Part shown: positions 1 to 12,299 of the stretch, piece after piece
Position numbering within the stretch: position 1 is the first letter of the stretch
How the letters are laid out: every line of letters starts with the position of its first letter
Notes under the pieces: model-generated
Database searches by the model: none
Told to the model about the DNA's origin: nothing
Seen by the model: the letters and a program-made list of their open reading frames with translations, nothing else
DNA from: Trichoplax sp. H2
Taxonomy: Eukaryota
Assembly: GCA_003344405.1 (NCBI GenBank)
Contig: NOWV01000155.1
Span: 62,001-126,000 of the forward strand
Direction: 5' to 3'
Length of the DNA: 64,000 nucleotides
Translations under genes and position numbers: made by a program

Positions 1-32
1 GAACAGGTAATTAGTCTAATGAAGACTTGCAC

Positions 33-3000
33 CTTTGTGAATAGGTGTGAAAAATTATGTCCTCTTCTCTTAAATATATCTACACTAGAAATGCAATAGT
101 TCAATTACAAATAAATAAATAGTTACAGTTTCATCCATTATAGCTTACCCATCATTTGTATCGTGATCTTCGTTACTTGGATTAATCTTTTCAACTTTTG
201 CAGTATTTTCTGGAGCACTGACATTTTCGCTGCTATCTTGAATTTTTTTAAATTTACTCGAACTTTTCTTCACCGCAGCTTTTTCTGTGACCGTATATTC
301 CTAACCGTTACAAAGTATATATATAAATATATGTATATATTATAAAAAGCATGTTATACTATTCAATTAACGAACAAATTATTCGATCTTTTCAATAGCT
401 TTTCAATCGTACAACATTCTATTATTGATGCTATCGATTTAATTACTGTAATGAATAAATTATTTGGTATTTTGAAGCTTTTTTTGTTGTGAGAATTTGA
501 TATATACTTTATTAAACAAATAATTCATATACCTCAAATTCTGGCCACCTCGTTTCCATTCTCGCTCCAAATTGTTCAGCAAAACCACATAAGTCGCGCC
601 CTGAATCAGCCTTTTCAATAGTTTGTAGCATTTCATTATATATCTTGGAAAAGCTAGAATGATTGATAGATAGAAAGTATCAAGTCAAACATTTGCAAAG
701 CATAGGTTAAGCATCGATAAAGCATATAAACCATAAGCTATACTAGTTATTTTTGATCACGCAATATAGAAATATAGGCGTTAAGAACATATTGGTAATG
801 ACGTTATATCCATGTTTACGATATTGTAATTTATTCGATTCGAAGTACTTACTTAGGATTATCAGCAATATTAACACAATTGTGAATTACTACCAACATT
901 TCTTTAAAAAAGATTAACCGATCTTCTTCAAACGCTTGCCATCTATCGAATTCTTCGGTCATGCTCTTTTGATAACTGTCATTAAAAGTTGTTAAATCCT
1001 CTAATCTTTCTTTATATCTGTCTTTTGCTCGACTAGCTTCTTTACTGGCCTTATCAGCTTTGTCACGAATTTTCTTAACTTGATCAGCAGCCATATTGTT
1101 ATCGCTTTCAGCAGTATTTAGTTGTTTATTATTGTTATCCTCAGCCTTTGCGGCTGAATAATACTCTTTCTTAGCTTTAACCACTTTCTCAAAACGTTTA
1201 GCCCAAGGCTTTTGGATACGGCTAAAATTATCATCACAGTCTCTAGTTTCTTTGTAGTGCATCATTGACTTATGATAATGGTCTTTTTTCCATTTTTTGA
1301 CAGAGTCATAAGCTTTACTTAATAATTTCTCTCTAACGTCAGCGTGTAAATTAGCTACCTCATCAGCTTCAGTAAAGCAGGCCTTCCATGATTCTTCCAT
1401 AGTACCATATTCAGGGCCATTTTGGATACTAGAGCGCCAGTCAGATGCCCAACGCTTTAAACTTCGTGCATATGCACGCTCCAATTCCATACGATCACGA
1501 ATCATAGCTAGCATATCATCGCATAACCTATAACAGCGTTAGATCCACTGTTAGTAACGACATATAATTAAGTCTTGTTACAGTAACTTTCAGAAATTGG
1601 TGATTTTATAAGCATGATAACGGCATTGCGATCATGTTGAACATCTTAAAAAGCCTATTCAATTAGTACCATATTTATAGTGGTTCTCTATTTTGCTGTT
1701 ACGATCATCGTCTCATTCTCAAAGATAGAAATTATCTATTAGTATAGCAATCGAATCAACAACTAAATCGCAATTTTGGAAGTGAAATATTTGTAAACTT
1801 GGCATGCAAAATGTTCTTGTTAGTATTGTTATGATAAAGTGATAATTATTCTACTGTAATTTATTCAGTTTATCAATAGGCGTAATTCCCTATATTATGC
1901 GCCATTCAACGTAAATCAAATAAAGCCCAACCAAAATGACGATTAGCGACCGGTTTCTAAGTTCTACTTAAGATGAAGCTGTACATACATTGATGAAAAT
2001 TAGCAACGGTTAATGTTGATAAACAATTTATATTTATGCAATCTTTGATAGAAGATTATGAATATCAATTGATAATTACTGAACAGGTGGATATCCTTTC
2101 CTACGGCTACTAAAAGTATTCTTCTTGCTGCCAATTATAAAAAGAGATCCACTGAATGATCAACTATGCTATACATGCGACCTAGGTCTACATTATCATT
2201 CCTATTCTTCACATTAAAGATATAACTAATACGCATATTAGTTTATAAATAGGAATAAGCAATTTGAAATCCCATGGAATTAATTCTTAGTATTATACAC
2301 CCTAGACCGTGAACTACCGTACTCCCTTTACCTCTAATAGTTCACAATTAGGCCTAGATCATCTTTCCTGTTATTCATGTTCAAGGAATACCGTAAATAA
2401 AGCATACGGAATGAGTTTATCATCAGCAATAGTCAATCTTAATTCACATGGACAGAATTTTTTCAACATAATTTGCTCTAGGCCTAAATCATTATTCCTC
2501 TTATTTAAGATTTTGCGTCCATCAACAGGAATAGCCAGTTTCAATGGACATGAAATTCATTTTAACATTATTATTTATCATAGGACCAAAGGATTATTTC
2601 TTTATTCCACATTTCCACTCTACATACAAGCCCATGTATTTAAATATATATATTAGATCAGGATCAATTGCTAAGCTGAATGGAATAGCCTCAGGTTAAT
2701 ATGCTAGTAACAGCTACTAAAATCGATTTATTATTGGTCATTAGTCAATCTATTCTCCAAAACGACAAGTATCATGGTAGCCCATTCAGACAGAACATAA
2801 TCTACTACGAATAAAATGAATTTCAACAGCATCTCCATTATTCCATTTTAAAGTAATTGAAAGGCATGAATTAAAATTACCCTCTACAATGCAGCTCTAT
2901 CAATATTGGTTATAATTAGTAATGAATACAATATGAGAAATTTGTACTCTAGCATGCCTCTAGGTTATAAGGGTTTACTACTTTTAAAACGTGTCATTCA

Positions 3001-6000
3001 AATTCTATTTTCCCGTCGTTCAGTGATATGCAAGCTAAAATTAATCAATATAACGAACAAGATGGAAATCGTGCCTAGAATACATTCACAAGCGTTATAG
3101 TTTCGTCCCTATCTGAAATTACTAGTATTTTTGATCGGTCCTTTTCTTTTTCGACTGATCATGACTTCTTTCGCAATCTGGGTATAACCCTAATGTACTG
3201 TATACTAAATAGTAGATCCTCAATTGTAGATGTTGGATTTCGACATGTTGACCACTACAGTACAAATAAGAACTAGAATTTTTAGGCTTGAGTTATAGAG
3301 ATAGTTCAGTTCTTTTAACAATATTTTGGACACTGTAATCAGATTAAAATCGAGATTATTAACAATACTATTTCAGTGCTAGGATCTTCTCTCTAACGAG
3401 AATGTTCTCTCCCGTGAATACATCAGGATTCATTGACAACCATTAGTATCCTACTGCTGGCTATGATTTCTTCTGTCAGTAATAGAATATTCAATTCATT
3501 TTATTCACTTAAATTAAGATACAACCATTCGTATAAGCAGACCAAACCAGGTTACAACATATACTAGTATTGGTATATCAGTTTATAAGGCTATCCAATT
3601 ACAGCCTTACAGCCATCACAACCATTTGCTCTTAATATTGAAGCGGAAACACTGCCTCCACTTTTAGATAGTCCTCCTACATCAGGAGAATTTGTCAATG
3701 CCAGACCGTTGGCTTAACATTTTGTCAACTGTCAGTAAGGTCCTGCATGCCATCGATATGTGCAGGTTAGTGTCTAGATAGTAATAATCGTTTAATTCTT
3801 CTTACGCAATAGAGTGATCATAGCGATTGATCTTAAATGAATTATTTTTGACCTTTTTGCCAATTAATTAACTAATTCTAATTCAATTTAATCTTTAAAT
3901 CTGAGATTGGATAACAAAAATTGGAAAAAATTATCCAACTCCAATTCGTGTTGTATCTAGCGCCAGTCTAATTGTAAAAGCCTAGAGGGTAATGATAGTT
4001 TAGAAATAGGCCAGAAAACTATAACCATAAGCCGAAGCAACGGTTTATAAAGCCACTTACAGTTTATCGTACTGTACACCTGTCTATTTTTGATCGCAGT
4101 AGGGGTAGAAATTGATTATCGCAATAAGAAAGTCATGACATGATTGCGTGCTATTTCAATTGCTAACACCATGCGGTAATAGCTAAACAAATCTACTGAC
4201 TAAACATTAACATCATTTACGGATGGAATTATTAAACAATTCCACAGCAGTAGTCAAAGGACAACTTTAATATGTACCAATGGCTGTATACTGTACTATA
4301 AATGTACACATTTAGAAGAGAGCCAGTTCTGATTACTAATATGTTTAGTCAGTATTCTCAGCGAATTTTTTTTATCATCAAAAGCGCTGCCAATGACAAC
4401 CTAATCAACATTGCAAGTGAAGGAATTCAATCTAGCGTTATTCAATAATGAAATACGAATAATTAACTGTTATTATTACAATGCAATCCAGGCGTAAAAG
4501 CTAACGTCAATATTGGAGAACAGAGAAGGTTGTGGAAATTTCTTACTGAAGAAAGTCAAGAAAATTTCCAGTTGACTTGAACTTCATTTTTGGTCAATAG
4601 AAGCAGGAAAAACAATCTGGCGAATTCTTTTCAAGGATCGGATAAAATAACAACGTCAACAGTACGGATTATATCGTAACGACTGGTTCATTTTAGTAGT
4701 TCAAAGCAATCAACTTGGCCATTGGTAGCCAAGAAAGCGATTGCATTGGTGATAGAGTATTAAATGTCAAGTTTGATGTTGAAAAAGTCAAGTACAATGA
4801 CATCATTTAGAAATCAGTCATAAAAGATTAAAAGCGAACAAATTAGGGAAAGGCATGACTAGCTCGCCAATCAATCCCAGATGTGAAGATTCAATTCCCA
4901 ATCCATTAAAGATAGGACTATTGTAACGACCACTTTGATTCATTTTTAATAGTTCTATATAATAATAATCAATAGCAACACCACAAACTAATGAAGTAGT
5001 GCAGTTAGCTTCTGGGATGGATCAACTTATATGTATTAGCCAATCGGAATGCATTCAAATCATTCCAATATATAAATACGGTAGATTAATTTTCGCTACA
5101 ATCTCCAGCAGGGATGATCGCAATCCCGCTCTTTGTCGATAACACACAGTATGCAAGAATCAAGTATAGAATCAATAAGAGTTTCCATCCCAGTAAGCTA
5201 AAGTTCTTTTTTAATGTAACTGTGGTTGAAAGGTTAGAAATCAAGCAAAACTGTAAAATCATTCTTCGTCCCGAGTGGAATGAATCCAATGTCAATGCCC
5301 GTCGCTATAACTGATTATTTTCTATTACTAATAAATCCATCGTTGAGTAGGCATCCTAGAATCATTAAGGCCAATTTACCTCTAAGTAGGATGATTTGCA
5401 AACCTCTCGAGTGGACAAGTAAAGTTTTGGATTTATGTTGCTTCAAGTTTTCTGACGCTATTAATTGATGAAAGGTTAAAAAAGTAGCACAAACTAATGC
5501 TTCATGTCCACCATGATCTACTTGTATCCAACTATTGCAGAAGGGTTAAATCGCATCATCGCATTTTACCTCTTTCTATAGTTGTCAATTACATCGAAAA
5601 CGGTGCAGTTGCCATCATCAAATAAACTTATATTATTAGAGCCAACTGATCTATCATGGTTATGATTTGTAACAGACAAGTTGAGTTGCAATCGAACGTA
5701 TTCCATTCTTATCAATTCCATATTCATCGGCTGTTGTCATTTTATTGTACAGTACTGAGTAACACTTGCTTTATATTATCTAAAATTATTCTTAGATAGG
5801 AGTCTAATCAAGAATAACGCAACAATGTTATCGAATATATTCCACATTTCCAGTTTAAACATCGATTCGAGCCTTATGCATCCAATCCGAGTACGTCGCA
5901 ATGATGTCATTGTTGATTGGCTAGTCAATATGTTCAAACGGTTTGATGCTAATTATAATTATTACGAGCGGGATTAACTCTGTGATGAGCATGATTCGAG

Positions 6001-7268
6001 AACTTACAATCATTTTAAAAAATCGATCAATGCCTAACAAAAGTCACAACCAAGATGATAGAGTAATAGACGGATAGTTGAAAGGAGCATAAAGTAAAAT
6101 AGTCTCTCCCAAATTGAAGCTTCAAAGTCAATTCATTTACAGCTTGGAAAGTGGAGACGGTGAAAAAAAGGAAAGATACAATGATAACAAAATCTGTTAT
6201 TTGCCTAACTGCAAAAAATACAAATGAACAGAAGTAGGGTGTATCAATCTTAGGTAGATAGATAGGAATGATTGTCTTGTATTTCAAGAAAAAGATGTGT
6301 AACCTAAAGGGGAAATACGAGTATTACTGAATTGTCGTCAAATTCGTTATCAAGATGATCCTATTTGTCCTTTAGAAAGACAAGGTAGAAAGTGATGGAA
6401 AAGCAGCATAGTGTCTCTATTACGAGTATTGATTGTACTCTATTTTAAGAAAGCTTGTCATCGACATGATCGTATCGATATTTTTGTAAACTCTCATAAT
6501 TTCTTCCTATTTTTTATAGTGTATACTGTATTATTGTCTCCCGATGTCAGCATAAAAACTAGGCCGAGATTGTAATAAAGTTATTGAAAAGTATTTCTAT
6601 CTCTACTTGAAGCCATTCCATCATTGATGACATACTACCCCTGTCCATGACTAGAGTAAACTTTGTCCAACGAGTCTCGATTTATTGCAACCAATGGTTA
6701 ATCAATACGATTTGAAGTAGACTAGCGTAGGCCATCCTAAAGGCAATGTCAATGAAAGCTAAGATAGTAATGCAAATATGACATTGGTTAGCCATCATCA
6801 TCACGTTAATGTCGGTGATTACGAGAGCCTTTGCACCCGATCAAAGGAGCAAGTTGATGCAAGAAGAATGCATGATCCAGTATTGAAAAGTTTGAGAAAT
6901 GGATCAAGATGAAAAAATACAATGAGAATGAGAGTGTATCATATCGAATAGTTAGGATTGCAAAGCGATAAAATAGAAGGCTAATTAAGTTAACAGGAAA
7001 GAAGTCATGATGATGATCTAGAATCGACTAGACCTCAACTATCCACTCGTCTTAGTCTACCACTACTCGTTTGCCGCGATGATGATTACACAGCTATCGT
7101 AGTTTACCGTTATTTCTCGTCATCAACTTACTTCACACCATCATCCACTCGCTTGACAGTTCTCTTATAATTGCCAATATCCCAAAATGTACTTGCAGCA
7201 TCTCGGATATTTTCTAAACTAGCATCGCGTCCTTTATTCGACGCGGCTTCCATGTTATAATTCGGCAT
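33..7268 (-). CDS. PACSIN: PACSIN/syndapin F-BAR protein (partial; 3' part with SH3 lies left of the window). Exons 7268-7132, 1527-853, 653-533, 300-149, probably 84-33
   Basis: Exon 1 reads MPNYNMEAASNKGRDASLENIRDAASTFWDIGNYKRTVKRVDDGVK and splices in frame to LCDDMLAMIRDRMELERAYA...GPEYGTMEESWKA...IQKPWAK and ...GARMETRWPEFE, all PACSIN F-BAR signatures. GT-AG junctions have matching phases. Confidence 0.93.
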
Positions 7269-8552
7269 GTTGATTAGTCACACCCTACGCCACCTTGATT
7301 GCTCTACAACAACATTCAAAGGTAAATAATTTGTATGCGATTGGGGTAGCGCTCTTTAACTTAGTAGGTAGTTAGTTGCTGGCAAGTCTGATCGAGCTTG
7401 TACACTGTAAGGATCGAGTACCACCCTCGCCTTAGATCTAATCATGGTGCTGCGAACAAGGATTACTAGAGATCATTGCGTCTTGATTGCGCACCGGTTT
7501 AGCCGGTCATTTCATGGCGCTTTTTGGATTTTTGGGAGGGGAATTTTCCATATTAAACCTCCAACTGGGTAGAATAGAGTACAATGGAAGAGGCTAATGG
7601 AATGCAATCTACTTGCTGGCCTTCCTCTCCATTTTACAGTACACTACAAAATCAATTTGCCAGCTCTTTTAGTCGATAGTCTAGTGTAACAGGATGCTTG
7701 TGGACTACTACCTGCTATTGTAGAAATAACGAGGCTGACTAGATTGATGGCTATCCTTTTGCTGGTCATTTTTACCCAAATGTGCAAGTACTTTCCGACA
7801 TACTGTAGCAGTTACGCCTGTTGATGATCGGATTCAAATCGTCCTCTAGAGAATCGATTGGGGTCAAAATCGAAACGTCAACAGCTGCTACTAACGACTT
7901 GTAAGGGGAAATCAATACCTTTTTGCTATAGTCTGACATCGAGTTTAGTATAGATTGGATGTAGACTGACTTTTGGTGCAAAATGGACTTGCAAAAGACG
8001 TAACCTATACCAGCAAGTGATGACAAAATAACTCCATCGACAGTGCTCATATCGTGAACAGGTCTACAGCATGTCCATTGCACAAAAGATCACACTGTAC
8101 AGTTGGCCGAAGAGACCCTACACTACGCACAGTACGTAGTATACTGTTGGAAGGAATAAAACTTGCAAATCAGCTCCAAGTTTAAATGATCGCTTATGGA
8201 ATCAAAATAGCTTGATCATGGCACTGAGTAAAGTGGTGCTCTCCTCAGCACTCTTTCAAACAATACTGTACGAGCATGGACTTCTGAGACAAATAAAGTA
8301 GTTGTATGACAAGTCCCTGGTACGGGATGATTGATTGAGTTATTAGAAATGAAAATAAATCATGATCGTAATAGTATCGAGCGTCTTTCTCTGCTTCAAA
8401 TCAATTATTAGTGGCTATGACAGTGATTGTCCTAGTTCTTATCCCTGCTATGGATTTCACTATCATGGGTTTTAAAACTTGAACTCTAAAAACCGTCGAA
8501 AAATCGAAAAGTAGTTCATGGAGATCCTTACTATAGAGGACTATCCGGCGGG

Positions 8553-8843
8553 TACGGTACAGTACGGTTCGGTACAGTTATAGTAGTACCGAGACCTAGA
8601 ACGGTTCGGTTCGGTTCGGTTCGGTTCAGTACCCTTAAGGGTTTGCGGTGTACAGTACTGTACAGTACTGTACACTGTACAGTGTACAGTGTGCTGTCCA
8701 GCTGTCTGATTACAGTGTACAGTACTCTATTACACAGTGTACAGTGTACCATAGTACTGTACTGCAAATGGTCCTGCATGGCTGTACACATGCGCATCAA
8801 AATTAACTTCTCTCCCTTTTTACTCGTGGTGGAGAAGAAGACG
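8553..8843 (+). promoter_or_regulatory. RPS10 promoter with TCT/5'-TOP pyrimidine tract and non-coding first exon (~8807-8843)
   Basis: CTTCTCTCCCTTTTT at 8807-8821, then donor ACG|GTAAGT at 8844 and acceptor TGTTAG at 9341, just before the RPS10 ATG. Upstream are TACAGT/ACTGTA clusters and (CGGTT)n. Confidence 0.7.
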
Positions 8844-9351
8844 GTAAGTGAACATGGCTGCGATCAACAGCATAACTCGAATCGTGCTATAATGCTAACC
8901 ATCCGTTGTCTTATTTGGATAATCAATGTAGAAAATAATAGTCTATTTATCACTACAACTAGTATATCCATTTTGTATTCGTTCTTACTTGTGATCGTTG
9001 AGAAATGAAGGATTGTAATAGCGATAGGAAGGATGGCTGACTGATTCCTGTGTCATTAGGATAATCCATGTTACTTTTTGCCTTTGCCATTCTTAAATGC
9101 TCTTTATATACGTGATATAGTACACTAACAGTCTTGCACAAGGAGCTGTGTTTCTTTAAGCTACTGTCTTAAATGCTTCATGGAGTTATTCGACAATCTG
9201 TGCCGATTGCTCACAGCAATCGGTTGTTCTACTATCGATATTTCCTACAAGTAGACAGTGTCGATCGATCTCGGTTAGACCTATGAGTGATCTATTACAA
9301 GGACAGTATGGTGATTAATTGACCTCATTTTGCGTTGTTAGACGGTCTACC

Positions 9352-11123
9352 ATGTTGATCCCCAAGAAGAATTTGATCTTAGTTTACGAACGTTTGTTCA
9401 ATGATGGCGTCATGGTCGCTAAAAAGGATTTTAATGCCCCTAAACATCCTGAACTTGAAACTGTTCCTAACTTGCAAGTCATCAAAGCTTGTCAGGTAAG
9501 GTGATACGCATTAACGACGCAAATTGCAAAAGTGATCATGGACTTGCTGAATAAGTAAAGTTATTGAAGCTCATGAGTAGTAGTTAGATATAATGTACGT
9601 TCAGTGCGTGCAACGTATAGGCTTATAGACGAAAAAATTAAACCTAATTTGGAACCCATTTTAGCAGTAATATTGATCAAAGTACAGTTGTCCTTTAATA
9701 CTGTCAGCGGTTTTCTACAGTTTACTTTCTGTCTAATGAGGCTAACAGTTGAACAATGTCTCAATGTTACTTCCATCTAACGTTGAACATCTACAGTCTC
9801 TTTACAAGGATTCTTACTTATTCCATGGCAAGTCGAGTATTATTGATGCTTTGTAGTATGCAGTACATAGTGTAGCCATGTTTACCTTTGATCGATATGA
9901 AACTGCTAGATGGTGCAACAGAGTTACTATGCCGCGTCATTCGATAACCTGAATTTTTATTCAATCCTCTACAGTCATTAAAATCACGCGGCTATGTAAA
10001 AGAACAATTCGCTTGGAGACACTACTACTGGTCTTTAACCAACGAAGGGATTGACTTTTTGCGCAATTACTTGCATTTGCCAGCTGAAATTGTACCTACT
10101 ACATTGAAACGCCAGGCTAAACCTGAGCCACCTCGTCCTTCCAAAGGATTTTATAGAGGTAAATTATCTTTCAAAGCATCGATTAGTGTACCAAGTCACC
10201 TTGCTTGTTAGGATCAATTCGATTAGACGAATATGATCCGCTAGTTCTTTGTAATAGTTCACTAAGGTAATCATGATGACTCTTTCCTGCTAATCTAGGT
10301 GACGATCGTCCTCGCCGTGATGACAGAGATAGATCAGATAGAGAAGGTTATAGAAGAGGTAAACACTACACACTAGTAGGAAAGGATGATACACACGTGG
10401 ATGCTACTACAATCACAGATTTTAACTTTCTACGTTGTGAAGCAGAATCACTGCTCTTCAACCTCCATAATTTCTATAGACGACACAGGATAGAGTTGTC
10501 GCTCTTACGTTTGCTATAATGCAAGTCAACACTCTATCTTAGTAGACTGCTAATAAGCAGTCCATGATCTGGGTTAATTTTTTGCCTTGCAATAATAATC
10601 CCTGTAATACTCACCGCAGTGCCGATAATTACGTAGGCATTCGCGGTCCATTTGCTAGGGACAGTATCCGTCTCCTTTCATGTATTCATTCTGATTTGTA
10701 GGATGTTGATGGTGAATGCATTTCGTACACGAAATTATTAAAAACCAACTATTAAACAGTTGATCAACTTGCTACATTATATTACTGTCGTGTTTTACCG
10801 TATTCTTAGATGATACGTGTTGATCAATCCTTGGAACTTGCAAATACATCATTTATTATCGATTTAGACATCAGCTAATAGCGATTTATTACATTTTTTG
10901 ATACAGATGGCGGTAAAAGAGTTGGAGCTGGTAGTAACTTTGAACCTCAATTCGTAAGTTCCGAACATGCATTTTCGATACTACCATTATTTTAATATTG
11001 ATATGTACGCGTATAATTGTTAATTTCGTATTAAACTTTGGTATTTATTCCTGCCTTTTTTTTTATAAACAGCGCGGTGGTGCTGGCTTTGGTCGCGGTC
11101 GTGGATTCGGTTCTTCCAGTTAG
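9352..11123 (+). CDS. RPS10: 40S ribosomal protein eS10. Exons 9352-9495, 9975-10158, 10299-10358, 10907-10953, 11073-11123
   Basis: [35 protein letters not shown]...[57 protein letters not shown]...[12 protein letters not shown]; canonical splice sites. Confidence 0.97.
10598..10732 (+). ncRNA. Candidate intronic box H/ACA snoRNA in RPS10
   Basis: Hairpin CCCT..ACCGC-AGTGCC/GGCATT-CGCGGT..AGGG with an internal pocket, then H box ACAGTA (10661-10666). A second stem ATGTATTCATT/GGTGAATGCAT is followed by ACA at 10727-10729. ~135 nt in a ribosomal-protein host intron. No target identified. Confidence 0.4.
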
Positions 11124-12299
11124 AAAGAATTAAACAATGACTAACCGTAACTGTATTTCTACTAAGATCGGTTGTGTATAATACGCTGTTAATAAAAGGA
11201 ACTTGAAATCGTAGATAGTTTTGGCGTGCGTTTATTATTTGTTGCTGTGTGATATCCACGTATATTAGTAGCAATAAGTAAGATAAAATATCATTAGAGA
11301 ATTGACGTAATTTAATTTGCATTCTACTTAAAAAGAGGCCAAATTTTCACTTTTTGATCATAGTTTTAAGATGATTTGGACCACATAATATTTTGATCAC
11401 GCATGACCGCTACGTGTGATTATAATTAATCAATAGTTATGAGTAGGAATCTTTTATAATGGGTAGCAATTATACTTTTCATTTTAAGGGCGATTTTTAG
11501 CGTCCATTTTGCACCGTAAAGAAGGAAAATTATTTGCATTTGAGATGTAAATGTAGTAAATAAGGAAAAATATTAATTTACAAATGTTCCATATCTTAAA
11601 TCTGTACAAAGCATTAGTTATTCATCATCTACACGCGTACTGCACCGGTAATTAATTATATCTTTATAACATAAAGCTTCAAGATGGTAGCAATTAGTAG
11701 AGTGTTTGATCGTGAATATTGCATACTTGTGATCTTTTTAGCAACCATACAGCATAGCAATCTATCAACGCGATCCCTTCAGACATCTTCTAATAACAGA
11801 GTTAACAGCCACGCTCGCCTATATTATCGTAAACTGAAATACAATCTCAATCAAAGCAGAATCAATAAGCGGCATAAGAATGTGTCCATGTCGAAATTTT
11901 GTAGTTAGGATAGCTCTATCGTAACATGTAGTTTCAAGATGAACAGATAAAGGAAAATAACAGCATCTAACTACAGTACTCGTACATGTTGAGATTACAA
12001 ATTAAGTAAAGAGTTGAAATTAAAACCCCTTTTAATCTTGTAGTTCAAGAAGCATCGTGAAGAACCCACTATGTAATAATTTCATTTTGCTATTTATTGG
12101 TGAACTTCGCTTGCAGGAAGAGTTCTCAGTGGCATTGCCAAGCTTGCTATTACGCATTCCGATATCGCATTTGTAAGTATCTACATTATGATTATTATCT
12201 ACTTGTACGAGTATTTATCCTCTTGCTCAAACGCGTCGAGACTCAAGACTGCAGAGTATTCCATGGATCAATACTGCAACAACACCTGTTTCATATTTT

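Noticed and set aside
2309-6287. Short ORFs within the PACSIN intron as a nested gene
   Set aside because: No coherent exon chain or recognisable family could be built.
7820-7940. Possible C/D snoRNA (TGATGA...CTGA)
   Set aside because: Negligible terminal stem, no recognisable guide, and not clearly intronic.
8531-9008. ORFs of 89 and 121 aa rich in TVLYSTV
   Set aside because: Translation of the TACAGT promoter repeats.
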